DNA of 54,732 nt, taken from positions 15,816,336 to 15,871,067 of the forward strand of contig NC_092652.1 in assembly GCF_032118995.1 (NCBI RefSeq), written 5' to 3'. A model generated the notes under the pieces. That model ran no database searches. It had not been told where the DNA came from and was given only the letters and a program-made list of their open reading frames with translations. Positions 54,434 through 54,732 of the stretch are shown piece by piece (position 1 is the stretch's first letter; every line of letters begins with the position of its first letter). Made by a program: the position numbers and the translations under genes. The stretch comes from Asterias amurensis. Taxonomy: Eukaryota.

Positions 54434-54690
54434 GTAAGTAGATTGAATATAAAAAACATTCTACTATTTGTGTTAGTGTTTGAAAATCCTGTTCTTTCCC
54501 TACTCTTTTTAAGTAACCAACTGTTTTTCTTCTTACAAACATCTTCCTCTCCATTTTAGGCATTAATGACACATTCAAAGTGTTTGTTCTTTGAATTCAA
54601 GGACATGTAACTGGTCGCCAGCGAGCCCGCAGTGCCAATGAGAAAATGCAATAAAAAAAAATTAACAAATCTATAACTCTACCTTTAAAG

Positions 54691-54732
54691 GCTCAGCCCT
54701 CAATTTCACCAAACTCTTCCTAACTTAGGATT
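54691..54732. mobile_element. MITE family D copy truncated by the window end
   Basis: ggctcagccctcaatttcaccaaactcttcctaacttaggatt. Confidence 0.5.

Noticed and set aside
1-54732. Prokaryotic defence or other novel operon-type system suggested by the task framing
   Set aside because: The sequence has spliceosomal introns with GT-AG boundaries, polypyrimidine tracts, metazoan tRNA-derived SINEs and MITEs, and a single mosaic extracellular-protein gene. Nothing resembles bacterial gene organisation.

Overview
Eukaryotic (metazoan, AT-rich, probably a marine invertebrate) genomic DNA. Species cannot be assigned from sequence alone. No prokaryotic gene organisation, CRISPR array, operon or defence locus is present. 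Most six-frame ORFs in the track are chance read-throughs of exons into introns or of repeats.

The whole window is occupied by the internal part of one very large plus-strand gene. It encodes a mannose-receptor-like protein built from tandem C-type lectin-like domains (CTLDs). I reconstructed 47 exons by hand, from 143 to 54433. All reading-frame phases are consistent across every junction. Splice sites are canonical GT-AG, with one GC-AG. The exons give about 15 consecutive CTLDs, named A to O here. Each shows the Cys / WIGL / W.DG / sugar-binding tripeptide (EPN, QPD and variants) / WND / FIC signatures. They are separated by short Pro/Thr-rich linker micro-exons. One PAN/apple-domain exon sits between CTLD-C and CTLD-D. 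The gene starts upstream and continues downstream of the window.

The introns are saturated with non-autonomous mobile elements:
- at least six MITE families, several with clean TTAA target-site duplications (piggyBac-type);
- several tRNA-derived SINE families (Ser/Leu-like, Lys-like and Glu-like heads);
- nested insertions, where a MITE lies inside a SINE or inside another MITE.

The most unusual structures are three duplications that involve splice junctions:
- in-frame tandem copies of a splice-donor junction (29928-30240);
- a roughly 12-unit minisatellite derived from the next exon's donor junction, each unit carrying GTAATAC, TACTAAC and CAG (31908-32530);
- a tandem duplication that creates a decoy acceptor plus pseudo-exon (46276-46675).
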